The notes under the pieces are model-generated. The model saw only the letters and a list, made by a program, of their open reading frames with translations, had not been told where the DNA came from and did not search any database. The position numbers and the translations under genes are program-made. From the IMG/VR virus record IMGVR_UViG_3300028490_000003: DNA of 64,000 bases; one strand, written 5' to 3'. Source of the DNA: an uncultured virus (IMG/VR IMGVR_UViG_3300028490_000003). Lineage: Duplodnaviria; Heunggongvirae; Uroviricota; Caudoviricetes. Shown here piece after piece: positions 15,766-24,875 of the stretch. Numbering within the stretch: the stretch's first letter is position 1; each line of letters starts with the position of its first letter.

Positions 15766-16080
15766 TTAACCGTAATAATTAAAAATACAATAATCATCTA
15801 GTATTTTCTCTATTTCAGGAGCTCTAACTGGTCCCTTATTGCTTTTAAGATATAATCTAACCTCGTCTGTTCTAGCGAATCTCCAATTTATACTGTTATC
15901 TCTATTATAACCTGGATATCTTTTACCATTACAATGTAAAGTTTCATCTAAACTATCTTGTTGATAAATAAATCCAATAATTGGATTACTTATTAATCCA
16001 TATAATCTAGATACATCTGTAATAACAATAAACTGACCATCTCTAAATTTAGTAGGCTTTCTTTTTTGTCTACTATACAT
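15766..16080 (-). CDS. small protein with WRFA motif and near-terminal DDYCIF
   Basis: 104 aa. Confidence 0.75.
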   Translation of the reverse strand: MYSRQKRKPTKFRDGQFIVITDVSRLYGLISNPIIGFIYQQDSLDETLHCNGKRYPGYNRDNSINWRFARTDEVRLYLKSNKGPVRAPEIEKILDDYCIFNYYG

Positions 16081-16468
16081 CAGATTTAATTTTATATAGT
16101 GAATGAAATGTATATTTTACCCAGTCTCTATCATTTCTACCAAGTTTACTCTTCTTATTAATAACAAGTTTATACTCTTCAATAATATCAACATCAGGAC
16201 GTATCCTTGGTGTCTTCTTTCTCATTGCATAAGGATCATACATACTTGCTTCCATTGCTAAATCTTTAAGTCGTTTAGCTTGTGGAGATAATACTGATTG
16301 TTTTCTTGGTTCAAATTTCACACCCTCAACAACAACAAGCTGTTCATGTCTAAGAGCTCTTAATTCTCTCTCAGCATTCATAGCACCCGCCTTACCAGCA
16401 CCTACTATAATCATCTTAGGGTGCGACTCCCTAGCTATGTCTTGTATATTTTTTTCTTCTTCTTCCAT
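16073..16468 (-). CDS. hypothetical protein
   Basis: 131 aa. Confidence 0.8.
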   Translation of the reverse strand: MEEEEKNIQDIARESHPKMIIVGAGKAGAMNAERELRALRHEQLVVVEGVKFEPRKQSVLSPQAKRLKDLAMEASMYDPYAMRKKTPRIRPDVDIIEEYKLVINKKSKLGRNDRDWVKYTFHSLYKIKSDV

Positions 16469-16665
16469 TATTGATGATATATTTTAATAAGATTCGCAAC
16501 TAGAAAATTAATAACTATTATAGCAATTATACCAGTAATATAGATTACCATAAGTAATGTGGTATCTTCATCTACTAGTAGAATAAGAGCTTTTCGTACA
16601 ATATACATCATTGCTAACATGATTATTATTATTATTACAATAGTTATTATAGTTTTTGCTATCAT
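16468..16665 (-). CDS. small membrane protein
   Basis: Two TM segments. Confidence 0.7.
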   Translation of the reverse strand: MIAKTIITIVIIIIIMLAMMYIVRKALILLVDEDTTLLMVIYITGIIAIIVINFLVANLIKIYHQ

Positions 16666-16691
16666 GGTTTATTTAATTTAGTTTTAAAACA

Positions 16692-16727
16692 AAAAGAGTT
16701 CTTACAATTAAGCAAGAACTCTCTTTT
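16692..16727 (-). terminator. Terminator after the tmRNA coding piece
   Basis: AGAGTTCTT/AAGAACTCT hairpin flanked by A and U runs. Confidence 0.8.
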
Positions 16728-16729
16728 TA

Positions 16730-17287
16730 GTAGCTAACTATGTCGGTGTTAGCCATTTTTTCCGTGTTACGCAGCGATTCTAAATCCCTGAGTAGCATTC
16801 ATGTTTATAACTTTTACAGTTACTTCTATCGAGCACCTAGCAATTCTCCTTATTACTCTGTCAAAAGCCAAACCATCCCCGTAAACGTAGCACAAACTTT
16901 TATTGTTCTGACAACACTCTAACAAGGCTTTAATTTAAATGGCAGGTCGCATCTGCTGATATATCCCATCTTATCGTGGGTGAGTCTAGTGTTATTTCAC
17001 TACGTTAAATTTACCTGGTATAGTTATTATGTAGCAAGCCACAAATAACTATTATACTCTATCGTTCAAGACACTTCTGCCATTAAAGAACAATCTTTCT
17101 ATCTATCTTCGCTTATTACACGAAAATGTCCAGGATTAGTACGGCGAGGGTCTGTAGCACGCCAAACAGCTACAGAATTATACGAGTGATTTAAGGCCTA
17201 CTCGTCCCAAGAGTGGAGATGCAGGGATTCGAACCCTGGTCCACAGCACTGAGTCATCACACTAAACAGTGTTTCGATATTCTCTTC
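16730..17287 (-). ncRNA. ssrA: Permuted (two-piece) tmRNA
   Basis: Acceptor piece (about 17287-17214) ends GAC-CAGGGTTCGAATCCCTG-CATCTCC-A. Coding piece starts GGGGATG...TTGAC at 16880 and gives G3.U70. Tag frame 16817-16767 reads VKVINMNATQGFRIAA* after TAACT. Confidence 0.88.
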
Positions 17288-17299
17288 AATAATACTAAA
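17288..17299 (-). promoter_or_regulatory. TTTAGTATTAT promoter-like motif
   Basis: Directly upstream of the tmRNA acceptor piece. Confidence 0.65.
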
Positions 17300-17301
17300 T
17301 A

Positions 17302-17553
17302 TTATACTATATTCTTTGCTTTAATAATTAAATATTTACTTGCTAATTTTAATAGAGTACCATTATTTAACATTTGCTTATATTCCTCCTTTACTTTAAC
17401 AAAATAATATACTCTGTTGGAAGCAGGTAAAATTACTGCAGCATGTGTGTTATAATAAAACATATCACTATCAAAATCATCTAAAAATTTAATGATTCTT
17501 CCAGGATATGCGTCTAATACATCCTGTATTGTAAGCTTATTTAATTTAGCCAT
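17302..17553 (-). CDS. hypothetical protein
   Basis: 83 aa. Confidence 0.75.
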   Translation of the reverse strand: MAKLNKLTIQDVLDAYPGRIIKFLDDFDSDMFYYNTHAAVILPASNRVYYFVKVKEEYKQMLNNGTLLKLASKYLIIKAKNIV

Positions 17554-17555
17554 GA

Positions 17556-17972
17556 TTAATATTTAATATCTAAATCTTTTAGTAATTCATCTAGATTTTT
17601 ATTATTAGTTCCTTCTATTTGCTCTTCAATAATACTTTTTAACTTTTCTTTGAAAGCTTTAGTATTTTTATTAAACTCTTCAGCAAGTTCATACGCTCCT
17701 AAAATGAACGCTGTTTCTCCTTCTGAATATTCTTGATCACCTCCTTCAATACTTGAGGAAATAGGAAGTAATAACTCTTCTAAAGCTTCAGAAAATACTC
17801 TAATAAGCCCCATTCCTTTAATAACAAGAACAGGATCAGCTTTAAGAACTGTATAATCTGCCTTTTTAATCATTTCTAATTGTTTACTTAATGCTTCATT
17901 CAAAGAATCACAAATAACAAATTGATTTCTTAAATCAGTCTTAATAGTTACTTTCATTTCTATAGTAGCCAT
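17556..17972 (-). CDS. hypothetical protein
   Basis: 138 aa. Confidence 0.8.
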   Translation of the reverse strand: MATIEMKVTIKTDLRNQFVICDSLNEALSKQLEMIKKADYTVLKADPVLVIKGMGLIRVFSEALEELLLPISSSIEGGDQEYSEGETAFILGAYELAEEFNKNTKAFKEKLKSIIEEQIEGTNNKNLDELLKDLDIKY

Positions 17973-17978
17973 ACTTTA

Positions 17979-18203
17979 TTATTTAAAATTAGATACAAAA
18001 TGGAAATAAAATCCTCCATAAGTCACAAGCCCATCAATCATACCCCATACTTTGATACCAATATCATTGGCTTTAGGAGTTTTTGGGTCTTTACCATTTA
18101 ATACAAGGATTTTACGGCCTTTAATATAAGCATCATGCTTTTTACCAATTGCTCTAAGAGCAGTGTTCTCTAATTCCTCAGAGGACATTTCTTGTTTACT
18201 CAT
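17979..18203 (-). CDS. hypothetical protein
   Basis: 74 aa; DIGIKVWGMIDGLV. Confidence 0.8.
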   Translation of the reverse strand: MSKQEMSSEELENTALRAIGKKHDAYIKGRKILVLNGKDPKTPKANDIGIKVWGMIDGLVTYGGFYFHFVSNFK

Positions 18204-18742
18204 TTTTTTAATTTATATAGATTAAATAATTTCTTTAACATTTTCTTTGCGTTATGCATTCTACCTAACACTGTATTAATTTTTTCGCCTTTAAACTCTG
18301 CTATCTCTTTAAAACTTAAGTTATCAAAATAATAAAGTTTAATAATTTCTTTTTGATCATCAGTTAATTTAGTAATTAATTTCTTTAATATATAAAGATT
18401 AGAATCAACTATAACATCTTCTTCAACATGTTCTTTAATATCATAATTTGGATATTTATCTATTGATACTATTTTAACACGATTTTCAATACGTCGTTGG
18501 TCCATTAATAGATTTTTAGCTATTCTAAATAACCAAAATACTAATGATCCTTGTTCTTCGTACTTATCTTTATTTAATACAGCTTTTAATAATGCTCGTT
18601 GAACAATATCTTCAGCTATATCTTTATTATAAGCTACATAAGGAAGTATCATTTTAAATACCTCCTTTCTGTATGTTTCAACATTATTTTCAAAGTCTTT
18701 CACATTAAGGCTCTTTAAATATCTCTTGTAATATACCGACAC
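18200..18742 (-). CDS. ECF-type sigma-70 factor
   Basis: Region 2 AEDIVQ...WLFRIAKNLLMD..R and region 4 LTDDQKEII.L.YF..LSFKEIAE....INTVLGRMH. Confidence 0.92.
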   Translation of the reverse strand: MSVYYKRYLKSLNVKDFENNVETYRKEVFKMILPYVAYNKDIAEDIVQRALLKAVLNKDKYEEQGSLVFWLFRIAKNLLMDQRRIENRVKIVSIDKYPNYDIKEHVEEDVIVDSNLYILKKLITKLTDDQKEIIKLYYFDNLSFKEIAEFKGEKINTVLGRMHNAKKMLKKLFNLYKLKK

Positions 18743-19043
18743 ATTCGAGAGATATATCTATCTCTTTTATCTTTTGAATAGCTTCCTCATCAGTATCAGT
18801 TATTTCAGGGCATATTCTAAACCCTGCAACAACAATATTAACAAGCAAATCTTTTATTTTATCAGTTTTAAATAATTTCTTATCTTCTTCTGTTAGTTCC
18901 TTGTAATGATCCTTCTTTACTTTACTAAAATCATACCCTTTAGAGTTATTACCCAAAGTTCTAAATTCATTTTGTAAAGCTGTGTATAAATTTTCAATCA
19001 TTATCTTTATTTCTTTTGCCTTTTGTATTAGTAAAATTGTCAT
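18705..19043 (-). CDS. hypothetical protein
   Basis: 112 aa; start may be the second Met. Confidence 0.7.
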   Translation of the reverse strand: MTILLIQKAKEIKIMIENLYTALQNEFRTLGNNSKGYDFSKVKKDHYKELTEEDKKLFKTDKIKDLLVNIVVAGFRICPEITDTDEEAIQKIKEIDISLECVGILQEIFKEP

Positions 19044-19133
19044 GGATGAACCCAGCTATAATAAGTATAAAACTTAAAATATAAGACCCAAACATAAAAA
19101 ATATTGCTAAAAAGACTATTACTTCTATCATAT

Positions 19134-19322
19134 TTATCTTGTTAAGTACATAATTATTCCTATTCCTCCGAATATAAGTACAAATATAAAGAAAGGTAAG
19201 AATACATATAAGATGGACTCTTTATCTCTTAATTTCTTAGGTTGTAATATTCTTATTAAAACAGATATAACACCAGCAAACACTAATGCTGATGTTATTA
19301 TCTTTAAAATAAAAAAACCCAT
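19134..19322 (-). CDS. small membrane protein
   Basis: Two TM segments. Confidence 0.7.
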   Translation of the reverse strand: MGFFILKIITSALVFAGVISVLIRILQPKKLRDKESILYVFLPFFIFVLIFGGIGIIMYLTR

Positions 19323-19612
19323 TAATTTAAAAGACCTTTCAAAGCTTCATTTGCTTTTATAGGATTTATCTGTATATAATTACTCATTATCTCAACAATT
19401 CCATCATATATTCTGTTAATCTCATCAGTAAAAGCCTGTAATTCTGCTTCACGATCATCAGGGTGTATAAATTTAGCTTCACCCATTAATTCTTCTATGA
19501 TTTTATTACATTCAGTAGATAGATCTCTTGTTGTTTTCTCTTCAGTTATGAATTCTTTCATGCTAATAATATCTTCAGAGTTTAACTCTGCTAATAAATC
19601 AGTTGCTCTCAT
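19322..19612 (-). CDS. hypothetical protein
   Basis: 96 aa. Confidence 0.8.
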   Translation of the reverse strand: MRATDLLAELNSEDIISMKEFITEEKTTRDLSTECNKIIEELMGEAKFIHPDDREAELQAFTDEINRIYDGIVEIMSNYIQINPIKANEALKGLLN

Positions 19613-19616
19613 AGCT

Positions 19617-19868
19617 TTATTTATATTGAATAAACACCATAGTACTATCTGTTGCCAGAGCTTCTATAGCTTTTAGTTCTTGTTTATCAATAAACTCTTT
19701 CTTTGGATAATATACAAATACTTTACCCATAGTCTCAATTTGACCGTGGTTTTGCAAGTATTCATAACTCCAACTCTTTCCTTTAGGTATACTATAATAT
19801 ATTGTTAAAACAAATAATATAAAAATAGCTCCTAGTAATCCTCCTTTAATATGGTTTTCTGTTATCAT
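19617..19868 (-). CDS. membrane-anchored protein
   Basis: N-terminal TM segment. Confidence 0.75.
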   Translation of the reverse strand: MITENHIKGGLLGAIFILFVLTIYYSIPKGKSWSYEYLQNHGQIETMGKVFVYYPKKEFIDKQELKAIEALATDSTMVFIQYK

Positions 19869-19890
19869 GGTTTGTTTATTTAAATATTAA

Positions 19891-20316
19891 TTATATTCCC
19901 CAAGACTTCTTAGTATAATGCCCAAGTGCATGCCTTACGGCATCCTTATCATTTGCATAAACTAAAAAGCCTCGATATTCTTGATCACTACCTTTAGTTT
20001 TCCAAAGATAAAATATAACTTCTTCCTGATTATGCATGAAATGATGTTCACCAGGATTTATATAAAGTTTATGTTTGAAACTAAATATATCATACCCAAT
20101 TTCTTTCTCAAGTCTGCCATGAAGGTATGTTCCTTTATAGCGGTTATCATCTTCAAACTCATCATCCTGCATTGATATTATATCAACAGTTTGAAATAGA
20201 TTCTTTGACTCTGTTGTACTATTCTCTATTAAATAGTTACAAAGTTTACAAGTAGTTATTGTGTTGTCCGCGATTAAGAATCTTTCCTCACAGCAATCAC
20301 ATTTTTTGTTGTACAT
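19891..20316 (-). CDS. hypothetical protein with N-terminal Cys pairs
   Basis: CDCC...CKLC. Confidence 0.75.
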   Translation of the reverse strand: MYNKKCDCCEERFLIADNTITTCKLCNYLIENSTTESKNLFQTVDIISMQDDEFEDDNRYKGTYLHGRLEKEIGYDIFSFKHKLYINPGEHHFMHNQEEVIFYLWKTKGSDQEYRGFLVYANDKDAVRHALGHYTKKSWGI

Positions 20317-20360
20317 ATTGTTAAATCTTAAAGCCCCATTTATAGCATGAGGCAGGCATT

Positions 20361-20567
20361 TTATAAAATTTTAAAGCCACTGATATTCTTCAATTCAATA
20401 GCTTTGTACTCTTCACCGTTCAATATTCTTTTACCAAAAATACTCTTGTCAATAAAGGTATTCTTTTTAACTGATATTGATAATTTATCTTTACTCACTT
20501 TGTGCGTTACAATGTCTTTGATGATAAGCTGTCGCACAGGGTTTATCATCATTAATTTAATGTCCAT
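20361..20567 (-). CDS. hypothetical protein
   Basis: 68 aa. Confidence 0.65.
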   Translation of the reverse strand: MDIKLMMINPVRQLIIKDIVTHKVSKDKLSISVKKNTFIDKSIFGKRILNGEEYKAIELKNISGFKIL

Positions 20568-21488
20568 GGTTTAAATTTAATATTAATATTAATAACTATT
20601 CTCGCACTATTGCTGGACTTACTCCAGACATTAGCCCCATTTCTTGTCAAGGAATCTCACCTTAATAGAATTCAGCAAAAGAACCAGGCTGTTCAATACA
20701 ACCTGACTGTCCTTTTACTGAAAAGATACTTTATACTTTCTTAAGGCATAAAGAGATACTGATAATAAACTATTACATTTATTATATCAACAGGCTATAT
20801 CTTCCTGTATCTGTAGTCATGATCCTTAAACACTACAGCTTCTACTCGACATAATCTAATCTTTACGATGATTAAACTTTGCGGCTCATATGAAGAATAT
20901 TCACCTTTTACACTCCTCTATTATTTGAATGTCTAAATTCATAAATAATAATTAAAAGAACACACTAAGATTGTCTGTTGGAGTGTCTTTTATCAACAGC
21001 TCAACATGTTCTTTTAATCATTACTATAATAACCACAAGATGGGCTTCAATGCCAACTCTTATAGAAACTATGCCCATCAAGGGTCTTTCGTCTTAAGCA
21101 ATCCAGGTTAAGACTTATGTGTCTGGGAAGCGGATCAAGCTTCTTTAGTTTATGCACGCGATCAACTGTGACTTCCATTGTCTTTCCATCAATAGTTTTA
21201 TAATAAGAGAGGAGTGACAAGCCTTCCTCTCTTTAAGTGTAAATAGTCAATTTAACATCTTAATAAAACCATGAAATCTAAGTCTTGCCACTTAGTGATA
21301 TCTTCAATTATAGCTTTGTAACACTCAAGGTGAAAATTTATCTATAAAAGTAGTCTTTTGGTGAAAATTTACCTACTTAAGACTAAAATGTTAGGTAAAA
21401 CAGTGCATTTATACTTTCATTACCGCTGACTAACGGATAAAGTAAAGGGCCCAACCCGAAGATTGAACCCTTAAGGGGAGTCTTTGTC

Positions 21489-22076
21489 TTATACTTTTTC
21501 AAGTACAAGGGTACGCATTGGAACTGCGCCTTCGATTAGTCCTTCTTTGCCAGTGCAGCCATCCAAGATGCTTTGTGGGCAAACCCATTTTGCAAAGATA
21601 AATTCAGTGTCAGCATCAACAGCATCTGCTTTTGCTTTGTTCAATTCATCGCGATATGCTGTATAAGCACTTCTTGCATAACGATCTTTCTTGTTACTGT
21701 CCTGTAAATTTGGAACATCAATAACTTTGAATTTGAAAGAGGCATCAAATTTAACATCACCGTCATTCTTTGCGGTATCAGATAACATTTTAGTCATCTT
21801 TGTTAATTTGTTATTCTTTTTCAATGTTGCATTTACAAACTGCCCAATGCTAAGGTTTACTAAAGAAGAGTCTGATTTCTCAAATAACAATCCAACTCTC
21901 CAGTTGTTCTCGTTACTTTTATCAAGGATATCAGGCTCATTTTCAGTACCTCTTGGGGTATTTAGTCTGTTAAATGTGATAACTTCGTTCTTGAATTTTT
22001 TTGGGTCAAGATTTCCCAAGTATTCCATATTTTGCATTGATTGCAAAACGTCCAGTTTAAAAATAGCTTCTGCCAT
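21489..22076 (-). CDS. hypothetical protein (possible paralog of 22690-23256)
   Basis: 195 aa, followed by a hairpin. Confidence 0.85.
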   Translation of the reverse strand: MAEAIFKLDVLQSMQNMEYLGNLDPKKFKNEVITFNRLNTPRGTENEPDILDKSNENNWRVGLLFEKSDSSLVNLSIGQFVNATLKKNNKLTKMTKMLSDTAKNDGDVKFDASFKFKVIDVPNLQDSNKKDRYARSAYTAYRDELNKAKADAVDADTEFIFAKWVCPQSILDGCTGKEGLIEGAVPMRTLVLEKV

Positions 22077-22174
22077 GTTTTTGAATTTAATTTACTTTTA
22101 TTTAATATCTTTTTGATAGTAGGATATCAGCCATAAAAAGCGGGAGCATCTCGAACGGACACTCCCTTGTACTA

Positions 22175-22462
22175 TTATCCTTGTTGAAGGTCAATATCTT
22201 CAAACAATTTACTAGCTGTAGATTTTGTAACTTTGTTGTAAACTCCTTGTATTACAGGGTAAATTGCTCTTTCGAAGTCTGACCCATAAGCAGCTACAAC
22301 TGTAAGAGGGCTAGTTTTAAATTCTTCTTTAACATCACCTTCTAATCCTTGTTTGATACTATTATCTAATAACATTTTTAAAGTTACTATTTCAACAATT
22401 GTTAGCTCAACATGAGCTCCTGAGATACCTGATGTATGTATCGTATTAAATCTTCCTTTCAT
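22175..22462 (-). CDS. hypothetical protein
   Basis: 95 aa. Confidence 0.75.
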   Translation of the reverse strand: MKGRFNTIHTSGISGAHVELTIVEIVTLKMLLDNSIKQGLEGDVKEEFKTSPLTVVAAYGSDFERAIYPVIQGVYNKVTKSTASKLFEDIDLQQG

Positions 22463-22583
22463 GGTTTAAATTTAAGGACTTACACTGTTATTTGTTGGGA
22501 AACAGTACACCCATGTGTAATTCATTACAGGCAATTACAAACCTGGCGACCCGAGCTTAAATAGAGCGGGAGCGCTAAAATAT

Positions 22584-22605
22584 GTTAAGGACAAAAGAGA
22601 AGCTT
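22584..22605. repeat. 22-bp dispersed repeat, copy 1 (GTTAAGGACAWAAGAGAAGCTT)
   Basis: 21/22 identical to 23299-23320. Confidence 0.85.
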
Positions 22606-22642
22606 TTTCTTTTTTTGGGGAGGGTTGGCGAGGTTGGACCCC

Positions 22643-22683
22643 AAAAAAAATGCACCATACCGAGGAACGAATATGGTGCAAAA
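22643..22683 (-). terminator. Intrinsic terminator
   Basis: TGCACCATA/TATGGTGCA hairpin plus U8 on minus. Confidence 0.8.
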
Positions 22684-22689
22684 GGAACT

Positions 22690-23256
22690 TTATGAAACAG
22701 GTGTGATGACTATCTCACATGTTTTGTAAGGTTCTGTTGACGGCTTTTTCCACTTCTTAGTGGTAATAAGTTGTCTAACATTTGGGTTGAACTTGAAGAA
22801 ATCTGCGAGCTCGCGTGGCGGATCTTGTTCAATATTAACCCAAGTATTCTTTAGCTCTGTCAACTCCGTGTAGGCGTTGATAGGATAAAGAACTTTTCCA
22901 GTGAAGTCTAAAACGTCCTTGACTTTTAGAATTTCAATGGTAAATAAGTCTGTTTTGCTGATAGTGTCTATCAGGTTAACAGGCTTTATTTTTAGTGCAT
23001 TGGTTTTACCTTGAACAGCTGTGAAAGCTAAAAACGATGCTAACGTAAAATCAATCATTTTAAATGATTTAGTATCTAGAAAATGTAGGCGATGCTGTGC
23101 AAGCCACTTTTCTCGATCATCGCTCTCCTCCACATACTTGGGTGGAGTAGAGTCGATAAAATTAAGAACTAAGTTCTCTAATTCAGTGCTTTGGAGCAGT
23201 GCTCCGTTCTTGGACGGGGCAGTAGCCTCCAAATCCTTTGTTTCAAATCCTTTCAT
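22690..23256 (-). CDS. hypothetical protein
   Basis: 188 aa, first gene of the minus-strand accessory block. Confidence 0.85.
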   Translation of the reverse strand: MKGFETKDLEATAPSKNGALLQSTELENLVLNFIDSTPPKYVEESDDREKWLAQHRLHFLDTKSFKMIDFTLASFLAFTAVQGKTNALKIKPVNLIDTISKTDLFTIEILKVKDVLDFTGKVLYPINAYTELTELKNTWVNIEQDPPRELADFFKFNPNVRQLITTKKWKKPSTEPYKTCEIVITPVS

Positions 23257-23298
23257 CTTGAAATGGGTTTTAAATTAATATTAAATTGACTAATTTAA

Positions 23299-23320
23299 GT
23301 TAAGGACATAAGAGAAGCTT
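23299..23320. repeat. 22-bp dispersed repeat, copy 2
   Basis: 21/22 identical to 22584-22605. Confidence 0.85.
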
Positions 23321-23698
23321 ATGCGTTATGCATAACATTGAGGCACGAGATGTGCATAATAGATGAGGCGTGAGGTACGAACACCGTTGGAACAAGCGAA
23401 CACCACCACCCTGTATGCATGTGGTGAGCGCAGTGGTTGGCTGGGACATCGGGCTTTTAGGGCGATAAGAAATGAGATACTCTCTCCCTTAGGGGTAGGA
23501 AATATTAAATAAGAAATAAATTCTATGATTATATAATATAGCCTGTACCCCCTCCCTCTATAAATAATTCATTTATATATGACGAAGGCCTACCCAACTT
23601 TTTGTGTGGAATTCATTTTCCCACACGTTTTGGGCGGGGGGTCGCAGACATAGTGTATCACTACGCCCGTCACTTCCAGCTAAAAAAAAGGGTGGGGG

Positions 23699-24874
23699 TT
23701 AATATAAAAGTCCCTTTCTACGGAACTTAAGCCCAGTTCTGGCAACTCGAGTACCTTGGGTAGTAATGTCTCTGGGAGCGCTGTTATCATTTGCAGCGAA
23801 AGTATTAAGCATATGTAGGATTTGTTCATCACTATAAACTCTAAATAGATCTTCATGATATGATCCTTTTACTTTATCAAGCATTTCTTGTGTAACTATT
23901 TCACCTGGTTCAAATCCACCTACATATCTAATGTTCATAAGTCTAGGGTATACCTCTTCTGATTTATCTACATAGTCAAGTAATTGAGCATTGATAGAAC
24001 CAACGTTAACATTGACAGAATCTATATCACTTTGGATACTGCTATTCCCTGTAGTGTAAGCATAATTTCTTCCCCATCCTTTTCCTATATAACCAGCACC
24101 AGGCCCATACTTCTTTTTAAGTTTTGTGTTTACATCTGATCTAAGTTTAGAATCCTCTGGTAAATAAGGTATGTAAAAATCATCTAACCCAGAGGCATGA
24201 GTAAGCTCGTGGGAAAGTACACTACCAATTTGAGACTTAGCCGTATTATTAGTAACAACCACAGCATCTTTATCTCCTATAAATTGTCCTTTTAATGTCT
24301 TACTATTACTTAGATAATTATGATGTGATCTATCAGATGCGCTTGAAGTATTAAATAATTCTGTAGCGGTGTCTTTAGAGTGGTTAGGATTAGTAGTATT
24401 AATATATATTTTAGTTCTGTTTAAATTATCAAGACTCCCCTGTATTATTTTATCAGCTTTCTCCCCAGTATAGTTAGTTCCAGTACCAAACAATTTTGTA
24501 AAAGAATCTATTGGAGAAGGCCCTATATTATTCTCAAGTCTTCTTTTAAATTCAGGATCTTTTATCCAGTTATCTAACCAATCTTGTGCACCGTCTGTAT
24601 CATATAAACCTTCCTGTACCCCAGGGCTATTATAATAACTACCATAATCCTCACCATATTTATAATAATGCTTTATACTTTTAACAGCTTGAGAGAGTGC
24701 TACCATTTTACTAGATATAGCTTCCTTTTTTTTAGGGTCTTTAGTATGCCTAAGTTCCTCATTCAAAGAATCATATGATTTTTGGATTGCTTTAAAATCA
24801 TATTTAGTTTTATCTTCTGTAGCTAGACCTACCTGTGCTTTTCTTACTCTATGTCTGTTGTATATTAATGCCAT
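23699..24874 (-). CDS. Zincin-like metalloprotease-domain protein, probable virion cargo
   Basis: SHELTHAS (HExxH) and downstream EEVYPRL; start placed at MALIYN. Confidence 0.75.
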   Translation of the reverse strand: MALIYNRHRVRKAQVGLATEDKTKYDFKAIQKSYDSLNEELRHTKDPKKKEAISSKMVALSQAVKSIKHYYKYGEDYGSYYNSPGVQEGLYDTDGAQDWLDNWIKDPEFKRRLENNIGPSPIDSFTKLFGTGTNYTGEKADKIIQGSLDNLNRTKIYINTTNPNHSKDTATELFNTSSASDRSHHNYLSNSKTLKGQFIGDKDAVVVTNNTAKSQIGSVLSHELTHASGLDDFYIPYLPEDSKLRSDVNTKLKKKYGPGAGYIGKGWGRNYAYTTGNSSIQSDIDSVNVNVGSINAQLLDYVDKSEEVYPRLMNIRYVGGFEPGEIVTQEMLDKVKGSYHEDLFRVYSDEQILHMLNTFAANDNSAPRDITTQGTRVARTGLKFRRKGLLY

Positions 24875-24875
24875 A

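Noticed and set aside
17129..17212. HDV-like (theta) or hammerhead ribozyme after the acceptor end
   Set aside because: I could not fit the nested double pseudoknot or the CUGANGA/GAAA core by eye; kept only as an unknown structure
17214..17245. Isolated T arm read as a tRNA fragment or attachment site
   Set aside because: It pairs with GGGGATG at 16880, giving G3.U70, and a tag frame is present, so a permuted tmRNA explains it better
16740..17407. Plus-strand ORFs 16740-16922 and 17213-17407
   Set aside because: Antisense to the tmRNA pieces
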